Positions 1 through 11,930 of a stretch of DNA of 64,000 nucleotides are shown piece after piece. The translations under genes and the position numbers were made by a program. The notes beneath the pieces are model-generated. The model was not told where the DNA came from, did no database searches, and worked only from the letters and a program-made list of their open reading frames with translations. The DNA is from Mizuhopecten yessoensis (Eukaryota). The DNA is taken from assembly GCF_002113885.1 (NCBI RefSeq), contig NW_018408757.1, positions 71,617 to 135,616 on the forward strand, in the 5' to 3' direction. Positions within the stretch are counted from its first letter, which is position 1, and each line of letters opens with the position of its first letter.

Positions 1-445
1 ATAGGCCATGACCTAAGGGTGAACCAACAGGGAAAGAGATGGCAATGTATAGGTCATGACCTAAGGGTGAACCAACAGAGTAAGAGATGGTAATGGATTG
101 GCAATGAATTAAGGGTGAACCAACAGAGAAAGAGATTGTAATGGATAGGCCTTGACTTAAGGGTGAACCAACATAGAAAGGTATTGTAGTGAATAGGCCA
201 TGACCTAAGGGTGAACCAACAGAGTAAAAGATTGTAATGGATAGGTCATGACTTAAGGGTGAACCAACAGAGAGGGATTGTAATGGATAGGTCATGACCT
301 AAGGGTGAACCAACAGGGTAAGAGATGGCAATGGATAGGCCATGACCTAGGGTGAACCAACAGGGTAAGAGATTGTAATGGATAGACCATGACTTAAGGG
401 TGAACCAACAAAGAAAGATATTGTAATGGATAGGCCATGATTTAA
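1..445. repeat. Minisatellite, ~48-bp unit (ATAGGCCATGACCTAAGGGTGAACCAACAG...), ~9 copies, truncated by window start
   Basis: AAGGGTGAACCAACA recurs about every 48 bp. Confidence 0.95.
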
Positions 446-969
446 GTTATAGGCTAAACGGGACGTTTGTCATTTCTCCTATCGTGAGCTTTCCCTTTGT
501 TGGTAGTAACACCATTGCTTCAGCATGTCATTCCTGATAGATGTTGACTGCTGACGGACAAACAACACAAGGTTTCCAAAGATGCACGTTGATGAAGACA
601 ATGGACCAGTTTTATGGTCGTTATCATCATCTCATTGAAAATGAAAGAAGACTTAACTATCAATTTTATCCCTAGCAATGATCAGTCCAGTTCTTACTGA
701 GATTCAATGTCGGATGTTGTTGCTTTTAGATTTGTTGAGGAAGAAGGCAAGGGAGCTTAATCACCAATGAATAAAAATAGCAATTGTCTCTTACCTTTGC
801 ACTCAAGTTTACCTTCATATTTAACAATAGTGGGAATTACGTGACCTAGTATTCAGTTCACGGGGAAATGGCGGAAAAAATACACCTCGAGGGACATTTT
901 CAATCGCATATATCATAAACATAGGGCCAGGAGAGGAGGAGTATTTCCATAAAGGACATATTTTCTTCC

Positions 970-1310
970 TCGCAGAACTCCAATAAACCATGGGGAGTAG
1001 AAACTGTCCGTGGTTTAGTCTACGCGTTATTACTTTATCATTCAAGTGAGGTGATGCCATTGAATACGATACCGAGGAATGCACGGTCCATCACAATGAT
1101 ACACAGCACACAAGCAGTCAGCACACATGTGGAGGTACTGGCGTGGCGGCTTATGACCAGCAGTGAGCGCCTGATAAGGTAGATCCTGTGATGTCTCCAT
1201 ATTTATGAATACACGATTACAGTATGTATCTACAGATATGTATGCATTATTAAGCGTCTTAGAGTGACTTCTTCTCAGATATGACGCTGTATTAAATGTC
1301 GTATTTAGAT
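970..1310 (+). mobile_element. Decayed SINE-like element with L2-type 3' tail (second copy at ~20660-21040)
   Basis: Shares colinear motifs with 20660-21040: AACCATGG..GGAGTA, CATTCAA, GATACCG, GCAYGGTCC, AGCGCCTGATAAGG, TTAGAGTGACT, CGCTRTAT..AAATGT. The tail resembles the stem-loop end of L2-dependent SINEs. Confidence 0.6.
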
Positions 1311-1971
1311 ATGTTTTCCTTCCTCCAATTCCCATAATCAACGAGAGGGAAATGCAAAATACTAAGCTGGATTCGCCACTGCGATGTGTGTTTGAATCCC
1401 CCGGTATAAGGTCATAAAGAACTTTGTGTTTCTAGAATGTACAAATAATATATAGAGGTTTACGTCAGATTGCACCTATTGAATATATGCGTTATCAGAG
1501 CCAGTGTATGTCAGAGCGTAATCAAATCGTTGTAAAAAGTTAGAATGCGCTTTGTCACAATCTTAGGCAAGCAATATTGATCTAGAAATTTTCCCATAGA
1601 ACGGATCTTTGTTTGGTGTGATGACACACCTTGCCGCCAAGGTCCTCAGTTCTTTGTTATAATAAAACACTTGCCGTCACAACCGTCTGTCCTGTCTGAA
1701 CACATCTGGTCGTTTTGCTCTCGGCCCTGTTTTGTGGAGAACAACAAGACCGTCGACATTTGCTGTCCTGACTCGCTGTGAAAACAACTGGCAGTCTCAT
1801 CCCTAGGTCCTGTCTTTTGGTGAAGCACCTAAGTGGCCGACTCGGTTCTCTGTCTTATCATGAGGTGAAACGTTTAAGTGACCCACTTAGTCTGCACTAC
1901 CTGCCTTAGTACCATTTCTCTACACTAGACTGCGCTCTTTGATACTATATATACAGGATTTGGTTCAAAAA

Positions 1972-2056
1972 GTTCATTCATAACATATTTTATTGATATT
2001 AAACAGTCTCAAAGGGATTGTGCCCAAGTTTTCATAACTTACAAGGCCCTCTCCCG
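1972..2056 (-). mobile_element. 3'-terminal fragment of a CR1-type LINE
   Basis: Minus strand reads GGGAGAGGGCCTTGTAAGTTATGAAAACTTGGGCACAATCCCTTTG...AATAAAATATGTTATGAATGAA, a stem-loop plus AATAAA plus short repeat tail like bivalve CR1 3' ends (recalled, not searched). Confidence 0.5.
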
Positions 2057-2207
2057 CTTCTAAAATACAACGACAAGTCCAAAAAGAAATCTGTCCATTT
2101 GATTGGCTGACAGGCCAATCACTTACCAAGATGGTATTTGGCATTGGGTCGGTAATCATCGTTTGGTGTGGTATATATACTAGTACCATCGCATTACTAT
2201 GAACAAA

Positions 2208-2361
2208 TTACGTCCAATCATCGTAGACGTTACGTTACCTTCAATCATCGTAGACGTTACGTTACGTCCAATCATCGTAGACGTTACGTAACGTCCAATC
2301 ATCGTAGACGTTACGTTACGTTCAATCATCGTAGACGTTACGTTACGTTACGTTCAATCAT
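2208..2361. repeat. Minisatellite, 27-bp unit (AATCATCGTAGACGTTACGTTACGTYC), ~5.5 copies, built from CGTTA subunits
   Basis: Direct tandem repetition; gives the NHRRRYVTS pseudo-ORF. Confidence 0.95.
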
Positions 2362-2408
2362 TTACACATATATGCAACATTACTTAAGGAATGAAAGTTA
2401 TTTTTTCA

Positions 2409-2520
2409 ACATTCATGAGGTCATAACAACATTGTCTTTTTGGACATATTCCATGAATCGCGTTAGCGATTCTTGGTAAATATGTCCAGAAAGCCAATGT
2501 TGTTATGACCTCATGAATGT
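2409..2520. repeat. Long near-perfect inverted repeat (hairpin), ~54-bp arms, 4-nt loop; palindromic MITE-like
   Basis: ACATTCATGAGGTCATAACAACATTG...GAATCGC-GTTA-GCGATTC...CAATGTTGTTATGACCTCATGAATGT. Confidence 0.9.
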
Positions 2521-2981
2521 ATTTACATTTTTAAGTGCTTTGAATTTTGCGATGCAAGCATAAATAACAATTATTCCGGCATTGTAATTATATTTGTGCA
2601 TGGGGGCAACGCAGTAGAGAGAACAGCGTGTTTTCGCGGGAAATTAAAAAACTTCCGGTAGGGGTCCTACCAACAGCATGACAACAAAACAAACAGAATA
2701 TAGTTCTATTTTCAAATTTAATTTGTAGAACTAGCACACATCGGATATTATTATCATGTACCTTACACACCTCGATCATTTGAGAATTAAAATGAAGCCT
2801 ATCATGTTTAGTGTTAATCATATTAGCATAACTAAACTACACCTAGGACTGTTTCACGGCGGACGTGTAACAATAACGCCCTGTGCTACGTCATTAAAGT
2901 GTATCAATACGCAGTGATGAGGTCACCTGTGTTATGCAAAAATGAATGTCATTTTCGCCAATGGGTCCAAGCATACAGAAT

Positions 2982-3127
2982 GTAAATACTTAAGCATTGA
3001 ACTGTTTTTGTATGGTATTTATGATCTACTTGAATGACACAGCTTTGCAAGCTTGTTTGATTGCAAAGCTGTGTCATTCAAATATATCATAAATACCATA
3101 CAAAAACAGTTCAATACTTATATTTAC
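2982..3127. repeat. Long near-perfect inverted repeat (hairpin), ~68-bp arms, 10-nt loop
   Basis: TTGAACTGTTTTTGTATGGTATTTATGAT..TTGAATGACACAGCTTTGCAA / TTGCAAAGCTGTGTCATTCAA..ATCATAAATACCATACAAAAACAGTTCAA. Confidence 0.9.
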
Positions 3128-3519
3128 GTTTTCTCTGCCTCTTATGTTCTTTTTTAACTTATACTTTATATTTAAAATTAAAAATGACCGCCTTATCGAC
3201 AGTCCACACAATTTCGTTCAATAGTTCGATTTTTCCCCGGAACAAATTCTTGCATGGACAAATACAGTGAACACCGTAAATCCGACCTTGCCCTCCACGA
3301 GGGAGTTGTTTTTGGAAGTTAATTCGAACTTTTCTCTTTGCTCATTTTGTGAAGAATCCAGGCGTGAATGTATTTGTTGATTGTATGGGAACCTAACAAC
3401 AGTCGGTAGATTCTATAACAGACTCGTTATTTGACATGTCGTCAGAAACTGAGGAACCGTGGATACGAGACGCGTGAAACTGATAGCGTTTGAAGTGAGT
3501 GATCTTACGACGGAGCACA

Positions 3520-3635
3520 GGTTCGTTACAAATGTCTGAAATGTTTATGTGTGCTGTGACTCATATCAGTAGGTCTGTAACATATGTGTCCGTAGGTCTA
3601 TAGAAAATGTGTATTTCAGACATTTGTAACGAACC
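3520..3635. mobile_element. Small MITE-like element with 23-bp perfect terminal inverted repeats
   Basis: GGTTCGTTACAAATGTCTGAAAT ... ATTTCAGACATTTGTAACGAACC; no clear TSD. Confidence 0.7.
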
Positions 3636-4589
3636 CCTATTGATCAGTGCAGTGTAACAGACGATATTTCTGATAAATTGCATGAGCGTTAAAAATTGTT
3701 TCCATTGCCGGCATTGGTGATTTCAACCGATGTGCATTTTGTACGATATTGGAGACCTTGGTCTTGTTTTCTTTGTAATAAAGGTGTTTTTTTTATTTTA
3801 TTTTTTATTTTGCACATACACAATGACATTGTCAAATCTCACAATGCCCAGCGATATTTCAGCAGCCTTCATGTTTATTTATATTGGATATTGTAGTTCC
3901 GGTCAGTGTTGTATATAAGCTAAGAATTGTGTCTCGTGATGCAATTGTAATTAAAGTCCCATCAACGACACAGCTTTCAAAGAGGCTATATAGTGACAAT
4001 GCCATGCAAATGTAAATTTATAGTAGTATTATACACCTTTTCAACAAAAAAACCCTTCTTATTTACATTTAATCTTTATAAACTACTGTGTTAAAAAAAT
4101 ATGATGATTTTCCCCAAAACTCCTGTGTTTTACTAATATTCAAAATTAGATATACAAGGTACTATATTCGCCATTGTATAATTGTTCAAGTAGAGTCGAT
4201 GTAGCTTATACCTGCATATCTGTCATATAGTCCTAGGAAAAGGACAAAATATGAAGGCACGCGTCAGCTTAGTCACAAGGTTATGCTTCCAAATTAAGCT
4301 AGACGCCAGTGTGAAGATGTTTAGCTTTCACACAAGTTGATTTTCCGATTAATTTGATTTCTGTGGTAAGGAGTAGTAAATTGGAAGTAACAGTACAACG
4401 GATATGCCGTACATTACGCTATAGCGTCAAAATCCAATCAGATTACAATCAAATTACTCCAAGTGTGACGTGGACCAAACTTTAGAACTGACCCCAGACT
4501 CTGTCAGCACCGATCAATACAGAGTATCCAACAGGCTTCTCTTAAATATTCTCACTAAGTAGAGTTATAGTCGCCATGTCCGACTATAC

Positions 4590-4590
<1 letters not shown>

Positions 4591-4623
<33 letters not shown>
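4591..4623. repeat. (CAT)11 microsatellite
   Basis: Direct. Confidence 0.95.
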
Positions 4624-4684
4624 TATTCTGTATTGTTCAAATTACATTGGAAAGATTGATGACATTAGAGAAACAGAGCGTTAA

Positions 4685-5875
4685 AACATGACATTTTTAT
4701 CTTGATATAGTTTATAATTACACGCAGCATTAATGAGTAATACATGACATATTTACCTCGATGTAATTTATAATACACGGAGCACGAGCAATGCATGACA
4801 TTTAGCTCGATATACATTTATCATTTCACGGAGCACGGGTAATACATGACATTTATCTCCAGATGATTTTATTATTTCACGGAGCACGGGAAATACATGA
4901 CATTTACCTCGATATAAATTTATCATTACATGGAGCACGAGCAATGCATGACATTTACCTTGAAATAGTTTTATCATTTCACGGAGCACGGGTAATACAT
5001 GACATTAGTCTCCAGATAATTTTATCATTTCACGGAGCACGGGAAATACATGACTTTTATCTCGATATAAATTTATTATTTCATTGAGCACGAATAATAC
5101 ATGACATTTATCTCGAGATAGTTTTATCATTTCACGGAGCACGAATAATACATGACATTTATCTCGAGATAATTTTATCATTTCACGGAGCACGGGTAAT
5201 ACATACCATTTATCTAGAGATAATTTTATCATTTCACGGTGCACGAGTAATACATGACATTAACTCGAGATCATTTTATCGTCTCACGGAGCACGAGCAA
5301 TGCATGACATTTATCTCGAGATAATTTTATTATTTCACGGAGCAAGGGTAAAACATGACGTTTATCTCAAGATACATGTTATCATTTCGCGGAGCACGAG
5401 CAACACATAACATTTACCTCGATATATACATTTATCATTTCAAGGAACACGAGTAATACATGACATTTATCTCCAGATACATGTTATCATTTCACGGAAC
5501 ACAAGTAATACATGGCATTTATCTCGAGATAATTTTATTATTTCACGGAGCACGGGTAAAACATGACGTTTATCTCAAGATATATGTTATCATTTCACGG
5601 AGCACGGGAAATACATGACATTTATTTCGATATACATTTATCATTTCACGGAGCACGAGCAATGCATGACATTTAGCTCGAGATTATTTTATCGTTTCAC
5701 GGAGCACGAGCAATGCATGACATTTATCTCGAGATCATTTTATCGTTTCACGGAGCACGGGTAATACATACCATTTATCTCGAGATAGTTTTATCGTTTC
5801 ACGGAGCACGGGTATTACATGACATTTACCTCGGTATAACTCTATCATTTCATTGAGCACCAGTAATACATGATG
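4685..5875. repeat. Minisatellite, ~51-bp unit (ATACATGACATTTATCTCGAGATAATTTTATCATTTCACGGAGCACGRGTA), ~23 copies
   Basis: Tandem repetition; 17-aa periodicity in the overlapping pseudo-ORFs. Confidence 0.95.
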
Positions 5876-6028
5876 GGAGACACGAGGAAATCCAGATAGT
5901 TATGCTCAAACAAAAAAATAATCTGTTGTCCTTTTCGTTCTCAAACTGTTTTAATATAAGGCAGGTCACATGTACCATTTATTGGATTTTTAACTCTTAA
6001 ACAGTTGTCAATAACTTAATATACTCAC

Positions 6029-6669
6029 CATCCAACATACCACAGCTTTTCTCCATCTCTAAAATCTGCTCGATCTTCTGTCATATTCAAAACTTCTTCT
6101 AGAGTTTCAAACTCTGTTTTGTATGGAAAAAACTGACAGTCTTCTTCAACAGCATTTAAAGACCCGTTTATGGATTTGTAGAGATCCCTAAAGAACCTGA
6201 AACTGAAGGTTTCCATGGCCGTCCAGTGCTGGGTAGCGTCCTTCACCAGCACGGGCACGGCAGTGTAGGCATACTTCTGTAAAAACTTCTCGGTGGAAAT
6301 GTTGGTTTCAATAGGAACCGAAAGTAGATTTTCACAAATCTGGCAGTTTGTTTTTGGTCTGGCTATTTCCATCATAAATCCGTTGTTGTCTACGGCACAC
6401 CTCGAGCCTCTCACCAGCATCGTCATCTCCTCTTTCAGATCATATTGGTGTGCGAGAATGCCCAGAATAGTGCCAAGCAGAGCAATCATGATGACCAGAC
6501 ACCATGTCAGTCTAGTCATCCAAGGGTCCATTCCGGTTTCTACCCGTACAATTTTACCTTGGAATATTGCATGAATTACTTCCTTGTCCAACCCCTTTTT
6601 CCTCGCCTCTTTGTGAAGTTCACAGAATTTGTTCAATAATCTAACCTTAACTTCACTTTTTGCATCCAT
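6029..6669 (-). CDS. First coding exon of a single-pass membrane JmjC/cupin-like protein (C6orf89/bombesin receptor-activated protein-like family); gene continues leftwards
   Basis: Non-repetitive 214-codon ORF. It has a hydrophobic segment (LTWCLVIMIALLGTILGILA), then CxxC (NCQIC), KYAYTAVPVLVKDAT.HWTA (cupin-8/JmjC N-terminal-like), CQFFPYKTEF and WYVGW. It ends at a canonical donor TG|GTGAGT (phase 2). No downstream exon was recognised in 1-6000. Family assignment is from motif recall. Confidence 0.8.
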
Positions 6670-8099
6670 TTTGTGTTCAATCGGGACTCGTATGACTGTT
6701 TAATTAATACAGGATTCTGCTAATATAAACGTGTACACAGTTCTGGAACGTTGGACACCTACTACTGTAGTGGGTTCGCTACAGTGTCACAAAACTGGTG
6801 TTGAACCTGTGCCACCTGTTAATGGGTGACGTTTGGATGTCCGGTAAATGTCCAAGTGGTGAATTATTAATCAGTGTAAAGGCAAACACAGGTACGACAC
6901 TGGACTGAGTGTAAAGTCATCTCCTGTGTCACTCCATTGTTAAGGAAGTAAAACTATACCGTGGTGAACGTTGTTATAAACACCCATGTAAGGTACAGTA
7001 CACATTTACAGTTTTGTATAGTTATAAATAGAGCCGGTAGAAGATAAGCCACTCCCGTGCCATTGGCTGATCCCATCGACCGGATCAGACTTGTCATGTA
7101 CGTATTGCACCGTACAGAGAGAAATTAAAAAGCCCACGCTTTATCGCTACTTCAGTACTGTCATCACTAACACTACATAAGACACAATTACGGCAGATAC
7201 AATGATTATACATTCAGCCATGAACATAAGGTGACAATCTATTCATATATATCACATTATCCCTACTCATCATACAGTTAAAATACCACAATCGAAGTGG
7301 CTTTACAAAATGTTAGGAAACCACTGTCAAAAATTCTTATATATGATAGAACAGTCACTAAGCCTCATTTTAGTTTCAATAATTTCCCACGGGAAATTTT
7401 AACATTTATAGAGGGATAAAAAATAGATACAGAAAACAATTATTTGGCATGTGATCACTAAAAATTTGTAATTTTGTGTTACGGCCCATCGACAATGGAA
7501 GTGATTTAGGGCCAAGTGTCAGTTGAGTTGTTAATATTGTAGTTTATATAGTTAAACGTTTAATTAATTAGATCTTTATGTCTAATAACCCTATTGACTA
7601 CATAAGTATACAGCAGACAAAGGGACATGTTTTTTTTGAAAGTTGTACATTTAACGACAAAAATCGTTAAAGTTTCAAGATTAATACTTCTTTATGTAAA
7701 TGTCTTTGGAAATGAAATTTCCAGTTACTCGAGGTGGGAGAAAATTGTCGCAAACACAGAAAGACTGATTAGTAAGGTCTTAAAGTAATTAACCTAATTC
7801 CGTAGTGTTTGTGTGTGTTAGATAGAGTGAATGTATTTTTCATCTAAGTATTCACCATTCTAATCTAAATATACATAGTTTCTGAAATTTATTTTTACAA
7901 TGTACTACACATTACTAGTAGAAGTACTTTTAGCAATTCAAAATTGTATGTTGTGGCAGACCCGGAAAGTTCAATCCTTTAATTATTATCAATTAAATTT
8001 GTTGAAATGAAAAATACAGTGTGAAACTTACAGGTGGTTTTTCACCAACTTTTCTTAAATTATGCTTTGATGATGATGGTCAGATTTTATTCTAAAGAA

Positions 8100-8470
8100 T
8101 TGAGAACCCCTAGGTGCTCATAGGGGGTCACTTAGGGGAGTCGCGAAGCCAACAAAGGGCTGAAGTTGGCTAACATTTCAATAATCTTCTTCCTCAGATT
8201 CAGAGCGCAGGGACCTGAGAATTTGCTCCAGCTATATTTTGACCAAAGCTAAAGTCTTAAGAGTAATTTTACACGTTTTAGGTGTTTAGATACAAAAAAA
8301 ACCGCTTAGGTCCAAATATAGCTGTAACAAGTTAGCAGGTCCTGGGACTCGGAGTGCTAGATATGTGGTTTATAAAAAAAGCGAATTTCATTGATTCCCG
8401 GGTCAACCGTTTACCTTCTTTTCCCCCTGGTCAGGGAGTAATGTTAACGATGGTTTATATACGGAATTCA
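8100..8470 (+). mobile_element. Decayed fragment of a non-autonomous Helitron/Helentron-like (HINE-like) repeat
   Basis: AATCTTCTTCCTCAGATTCAGAG and related motifs resemble 54990-55620 (AATCTTTTCCTCCAGACTCAGAG). Confidence 0.4.
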
Positions 8471-9239
8471 TATTATTGAATAGGGCAGACTGGGGAAGGT
8501 CAGTCCCGGAGTAAGTCCGGCCACGGGACTTGAGCAAATATTGCCATTTAAGGATCTTAGTCGTTCACTTAACACGAAAAAATGGTGTGAAAACTCAGTT
8601 ATAAAAATACTATAAGGAAGAAAGATACATTTTGGAGAGTAGAAATTAAGAAAATCATGACCTCTCTCATTGTTGGATTTGCGTTGTTTCCGTAAACCGA
8701 ATTGCTACTTATTTGTGTCACAAGTGTAACACTGGCATCTTCACATGGTGGTATACATAGCTATAATATACGAATTCACTGGAATATCAATGTAAAACAG
8801 GTTTGGCCGCTAGCTGATACCGGGGTAGCACATGGAAAGTCGTGACCGTGGCGGGAAGATCTGACGTTACGTACTTTATGACGTCATACTGCCTGTCCGA
8901 TCTTGGCCCAAGACGGCCGGGGAATGTTCGGCCATCAAGTTGAATATTTTTTTAAACGCGGACGTGTTTGCCCTTTTGATATTATTTTAAGAAAGGTATG
9001 GGATTTCTCTTCCAAATGGTTTGTATGCATATTTTCAATAAATGTCATATTGCCCAAAACAATTTTAATAAAAATGGGCCGAATTAACTTGTCCCGTTCT
9101 CCCATAACACTATGTTTTGTTGATTTTCAATGCGATATAATTCTAACTTACTTGGCATTCTCATTGTGTGATGCAGTTGAACTATTCTTCTTTAGGGAAA
9201 CATTCTACTTTATTGCACTAATATTTTATCATTTAACTA

Positions 9240-10410
9240 ACACAGTATTATATTGAAAGAAGATGAGATCATTATAAGTGACCAAACTGAAGTCAGCAAT
9301 GTCTTGAACAAGTTTTATGTAAATATGGCCTCTGATATTGGTGACGATGGAGATTCAAAGACAAGTGAGAATGGCATCCTTAACAACATCAGAGGTCACG
9401 TTCCAGCTGACCCAAAGTTTGATTTTAACCATGTAACACCAGCTTTTATAGAAAAGGCTATTACTACAATCAATGTAAATAAAGCTATGTGTTGATGGAA
9501 AATCATCTAAATTGATAAGAGAATATTTTAACATTTTTGTAAATGACATTGTTTTTATATGTAAAGTCATCAAAACTATACAATTACGCTGATGACAACA
9601 CTGTAAGTGATACAGAGACCCTCAAGTTTTAAAATCAAATCTAGAAAAAGCTTGTGTACATTTAATGAAATGGTTTGGGCAAATCCTGAAAACTTTCAAG
9701 CTGTGCTTTGGAAAGAGATTTGTTAATGTTTGTAAATCTTTTAATATTGTAAATGTAAACCTTGAACCTGAAACAGTAGTAAACTCATTTGAGTACATTT
9801 TGACTCTTATGTTAAATTTTGAATTTCACATCTCTGAACTTTGTAAAAAAAAATCACGACAATTAGCTGTTCTGAAGCGCTTAGGACACTTTTTTAACGA
9901 AACAAGGTAGGAGTGTGATATGTAATACTTTTATTGTCTCAAATTTTAGTTACTGCCCTCTAGTTTGGCATTTCACCTGTATGAGGAGTATTAAGAAACT
10001 TGAAAAGATACAATTTAAGAGCGTACGTGTCCTTCGTTTTATCCACAATGATCATATATCTCCTCTTTTACTGAACTTTTAATATTGTTAAACGCAGATT
10101 TTTTACATGTAATAACACTTAAGGATTTCGGATGTGAACATTTTAAAATTCTGAACAAACTTTCACCTGATAACATCCATGATCTTATAAACATAAGTCC
10201 ATAAATTATAATCTATCGGACAGCCTAGAATGTAGCAGATGTGCCTAGGGTTAGACCAGTTAAAGTATGGACAGATATATTTTACTTTTGAGGCTGCTAG
10301 GGTGTGGAACACTCACCCAAATGAGTTCCGGAAGGTAGACACTTTTCCGGGATTCAAGATAATGATCCATACCTGGAGTGGACCCATCTGTAGCTGTTCA
10401 CTATGATCTA
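9240..10410 (+). mobile_element. Decayed, 5'-truncated and internally deleted CR1/L2-group LINE ORF2 (reverse transcriptase); 3' UTR probably runs to ~11140
   Basis: Frameshifted motifs in order: IISDQTEVSNVLNKFYVN, FDFNHVT..INVNKA, FNIFVND, NYADDNT (YADD at 9585-9596), LAVLKRL, SNFSYCPLVWHF, KLEKIQ, VWNTHPNEFR, terminal WSGPICSCSL*. Confidence 0.88.
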
Positions 10411-11399
10411 GTCCGGGATATGGATGAGTCCGGGCTAGCACCTCGAGATCTGCTGGCTGAAGTTTTAACACGTTTAGTGCTCAAAATTGGGTGTAACATT
10501 TTTAGGTAAACAGACAGATATTAATTTTTGAGATTAATATAATATTTCATTTGATGAATCACATTATACTATATATGTTAACTGTTAGTTCTTTACCATA
10601 TGAAATGCTGTTTTAATCCGCACTATGTTAGTGTATATCATGTCAATTTTTACCATTTGCTATATTATTAGCATGGATGTATAAAACACTTATACAGGTG
10701 TAGAGATAGCGTTTTAACATTCATCGTATTTTTTTTTATATCAATAACTTGACCAAAGTGTCAACTAAGCCTTGTGATATTATTAAAAAAAATGTGCAAT
10801 TAATTATCTAACCTATGGGACACTACAGTGTGTTTTTTCTGTAAATGTAAAAAAAAAGTCTGTTATAATATTTATAACTTATTACTACTATTACATTATG
10901 TTATTGTTAATTTATGTTGTGTTATTGTAGCAATAACAGCTCTCATCCAAGAGCTAATGTTCCATGTTAACACGTATGCGACTTTAATGTAACTAGCTAG
11001 CTGAATGTTAAATTGTTCACTCCTCAACAGTCAGAAAGATATCTTTTGTTATATTAAATTTTATTCTTTGTCACCCTTAGGTGACCGTTAAGGAAAGGCC
11101 CTTGTTTTATCTAGTATTTTTAAAGAGTCTGACCGGCGACGTTTCTTGTTGCTTGCTGCAAGAGTTATGTCCCGTTAATATATTTTTATCATTAATATCA
11201 TTACTCGTTCTTTACTCGATTTCTTGTTATTTGATTCGATCTATATAATAATTAAAGCAAATCAGACGTTAGAAAGACATTTGAACGAAGTAAACATATA
11301 TTTGTTTTTGTTTTGGTTGGTGATTTTACCCAGGATGCACCGCGTAAATAGTTTCAAAATGGAGCACATAGCAATGGTTTGAGACCGGAGAGCATCACA

Positions 11400-11413
11400 G
11401 TATCTAGGGAAAC
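11400..11413. promoter_or_regulatory. RFX X-box-like motif in the putative IFT140 promoter/5' exon
   Basis: GTATCT-AG-GGAAAC fits GTHNYY-N2-RRNAAC. A second X-box-like site GTTGCGTCTAAAGCAAC lies at 11541-11557, and candidate donors lie at 11461/11470. IFT genes are established RFX targets. Confidence 0.55.
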
Positions 11414-11930
11414 AATATATTTAAGGACATATTCCATGTTTTAACGTCATGCTTACATAGGTATATATGGTAGGTATTCAATCTATTGAACTATTTCTGT
11501 CAATAATCACGAATAATTTCTTAAGGACATAACACACGAAGTTGCGTCTAAAGCAACCCCCCCGCCTGTGATAACTTGTAGTACACATGTTTGGTGGTTC
11601 TAGTTATGTGTCCTCACGATTCATTTGGTTACCTAGAAAGTAAAGATACAATTTGGGCCAATTAAATTTCAAATATGTTGGACATTAGTCAGAAATGCAT
11701 TAATGACTTAATAAAATGTAACGGGTTAACTCCAGCAACTACTAAAATCAGTTCTACTGGATGTTTGCTTTTTGCTTCAAGAGATGTATCTGTGAAGTAA
11801 AAAGAATATTTTGCAAATTTGAGGAAGACACAGAAGTTGTAATTACAATATGTTTGAAAATCAAAACATTTTGAAGGCTATAGGACTTAATATGTGATAT
11901 ATAATGTGCACAAGCAAATGGTACTCCTAT

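Noticed and set aside
1620-1900. GC-richer patch / 60-aa ORF as a downstream exon of the JmjC-like gene
   Set aside because: No phase-compatible splice sites and no expected continuation motif (W-S/K-N-C).
8481-9106. Possible MITE with GGGCAGACTGGGGAAG / CTTGTCCCGTTCTCCC ends
   Set aside because: The end similarity is too degenerate to support.
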